A stretch of DNA of 64,000 bases from Octopus bimaculoides. Taxonomy: Eukaryota. Shown here in pieces: positions 62,231 through 64,000 of this stretch (position 1 is the stretch's first letter; each line of letters opens with the position of its first letter). Made by a program: the position numbers and the translations under genes. The stretch spans positions 21,108,072-21,172,071 of the forward strand of contig NC_068981.1 of assembly GCF_001194135.2 (NCBI RefSeq), in the 5' to 3' direction. The notes under the pieces are model-generated. The model was not told the DNA's origin. It did not search any database and saw nothing but the letters and a program-made list of their open reading frames with translations.

Positions 62231-63936
62231 AATTAATGTTGAAAAATTATACAATATAAAATGAGAGAGGCTCTACGTTGGAAGTCAACAAAAGCCTCTA
62301 CATAGTTGCATGACATGTTAGTAATAGCAGCCAAACATCTCACAAGCACTTCCTACTGTCTTAAGGAAAGAATACATTGAATGATGCTACCCTACATGGT
62401 TCTAAAACATACGAAAGCCATAACTAGATTCATTTTCTTCATGTGTTTGCTTAAATCAGGTTGACCTAGGGCTAAACAACACCTGAAAATCCTGATATGA
62501 AGCTACTGGAAAATATCTGACACCCCTGATGCAATACAATATTTCATTGAAGCATGTTCAGTTGATTAGATAATCTATCTACTCTATTCCCTATAGCTCA
62601 TACCTTCAATTTACTCAGTTAAATATTCTCATTTTATCCCTCTCAGTTAAATATTGTGGACATGAAGTCCAACAAACATTTAACCCATGACAATGTTGAA
62701 GAAACAGGGGCAAAGCTAATGCAGTTTAACTGAAAATTATTTATAGGTGACACTAAGCATTGCAGGTCAAAACCACTTTATTTTATTAAATTTGTTCATA
62801 ATGTCAATAATATGAAAGCTATATGAAGTAGCTTTGGATGTTAATTGAGCAATTAATGATAACTTACATCATAATAAATAGACACCCAGTTGAATGTAAT
62901 TGGATACTGGTGCGAAACCATTATCAGAGACTCAGTAGGATGAAAGACAATGTAAAGTCCAACAAGGATTTTAATAGAAACAATCTTCTAGGTTTTAAAG
63001 TTCCCTTTAGTATTTAGTTCTGGGTTCATGATTTTTTTTCTAAAACATCCTCTTCTATTTCCATAAAAAGTAGTTAGCACATGACATAAGAGATGTTATG
63101 CGTTCAATAATGGTCAATCAACTTTTGCCATTTACTCAAATTCATGGCAAAGTGAAACAGCATGACTAAATATAACTTTGTATCTAGTTAGATCCTTCTT
63201 TACTTATAAACAAATGAGACAAATGAGAAAGACCTTCCACTGGTTAAGAGGCTAATTTAATGCAAATAATATTCTCAGATGATTGAATGCCTTGGGTGAA
63301 TTGAAGTGATATAGTATAGAAGAGGACACAGTGAAGATAACAGCAGTAAATTCAAGCTCTTGGCACATTTTGTGACTATTGCTGAACACAGACCAACCTC
63401 AAGGAGCTAGATGTTCTTTGAAGAGAAACAGTTAAGATAATAAAGAGTAGTGGAGAAAATGATTCAGAAAATAAAATCTACAGATCTCTTGTAGCTATTG
63501 CTCAATATTTATAATTAATAACAGAAGTGCTAATAAAAATCAGAGATAGGAGGATTTCGTTAGTGATGCTCTCTGCCATCTCCTTTTTTGTTTTAATACT
63601 TGTTTTTCTATGTTGGTCTAGAGTGGACATACCTTGCAGGCTCTATTAACCCTCTCTGGCATGCTTATTAGAAGTAACAAAAACTGCAGTATGACTTTCT
63701 ATTCTAAATCATGTAATGATGATGATGATGATGATTATGTTAATGACTAAGATATCAAACACTAATTGAGATTAAAAAATGAAAAGAAAACTAGTAATAT
63801 TTATAAATATAGGGATGTAATGTATAGTTGTTTTCATAGATTATATAAAGTATTTATTAGACTAAAATGAACTACTAATTGTGAAAGTAATGAAATGATA
63901 ATTGGCAAATGAGTTTACAGCAATCATAAGCTAAAG

Positions 63937-63980
63937 CAGTGGTTCCTAACCTGTGGTCCATGAACTAAATTCAAAATTTC
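63937..63980. mobile_element. One end of a second hAT-type MITE
   Basis: Starts cagtggttcctaacc after agctaaag and runs into (TA)n at the window end; no second TIR visible. Confidence 0.5.
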
Positions 63981-64000
63981 ATATATATATATATATATAT

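Overview
AT-rich, repeat-laden eukaryotic genomic DNA from a gapped draft assembly. The SINE families and the mollusc-type G-alpha-o sequence suggest an octopus-like cephalopod (inference from recall, no database search). The only host gene I can support is a G protein alpha-o subunit gene (GNAO1 orthologue) on the minus strand. Its last five coding exons are at 37415-37255, 25020-24892, 17348-17219, 16529-16376 and 15283-15096; all have GT-AG boundaries and join in frame to end in ...[12 protein letters not shown]. Exons 1-3 were not found and probably lie beyond base 64000. Downstream is a probable multi-kb 3' UTR with two good poly(A) signals. The introns hold a dead Tc1 element, hAT, piggyBac and Tigger-type MITEs, two Ty3/Gypsy relics, RTE-type LINE fragments, many tRNA-derived SINEs and several degenerate minisatellites. 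Four observations stand out. (1) Two copies of one rearranged mariner element carry 5' ends at both termini and share an identical microhomology junction, so they would be transcribed as intronic hairpins (reminiscent of maize Mu killer). (2) A 35-bp minisatellite relic runs through ~10 kb of intron 4 and has been split by later insertions. (3) A ~350-bp palindrome lies in the same intron. (4) The 3' UTR may be ~7 kb and alternatively polyadenylated. Almost all ORFs in the supplied track are spurious or TE-derived.
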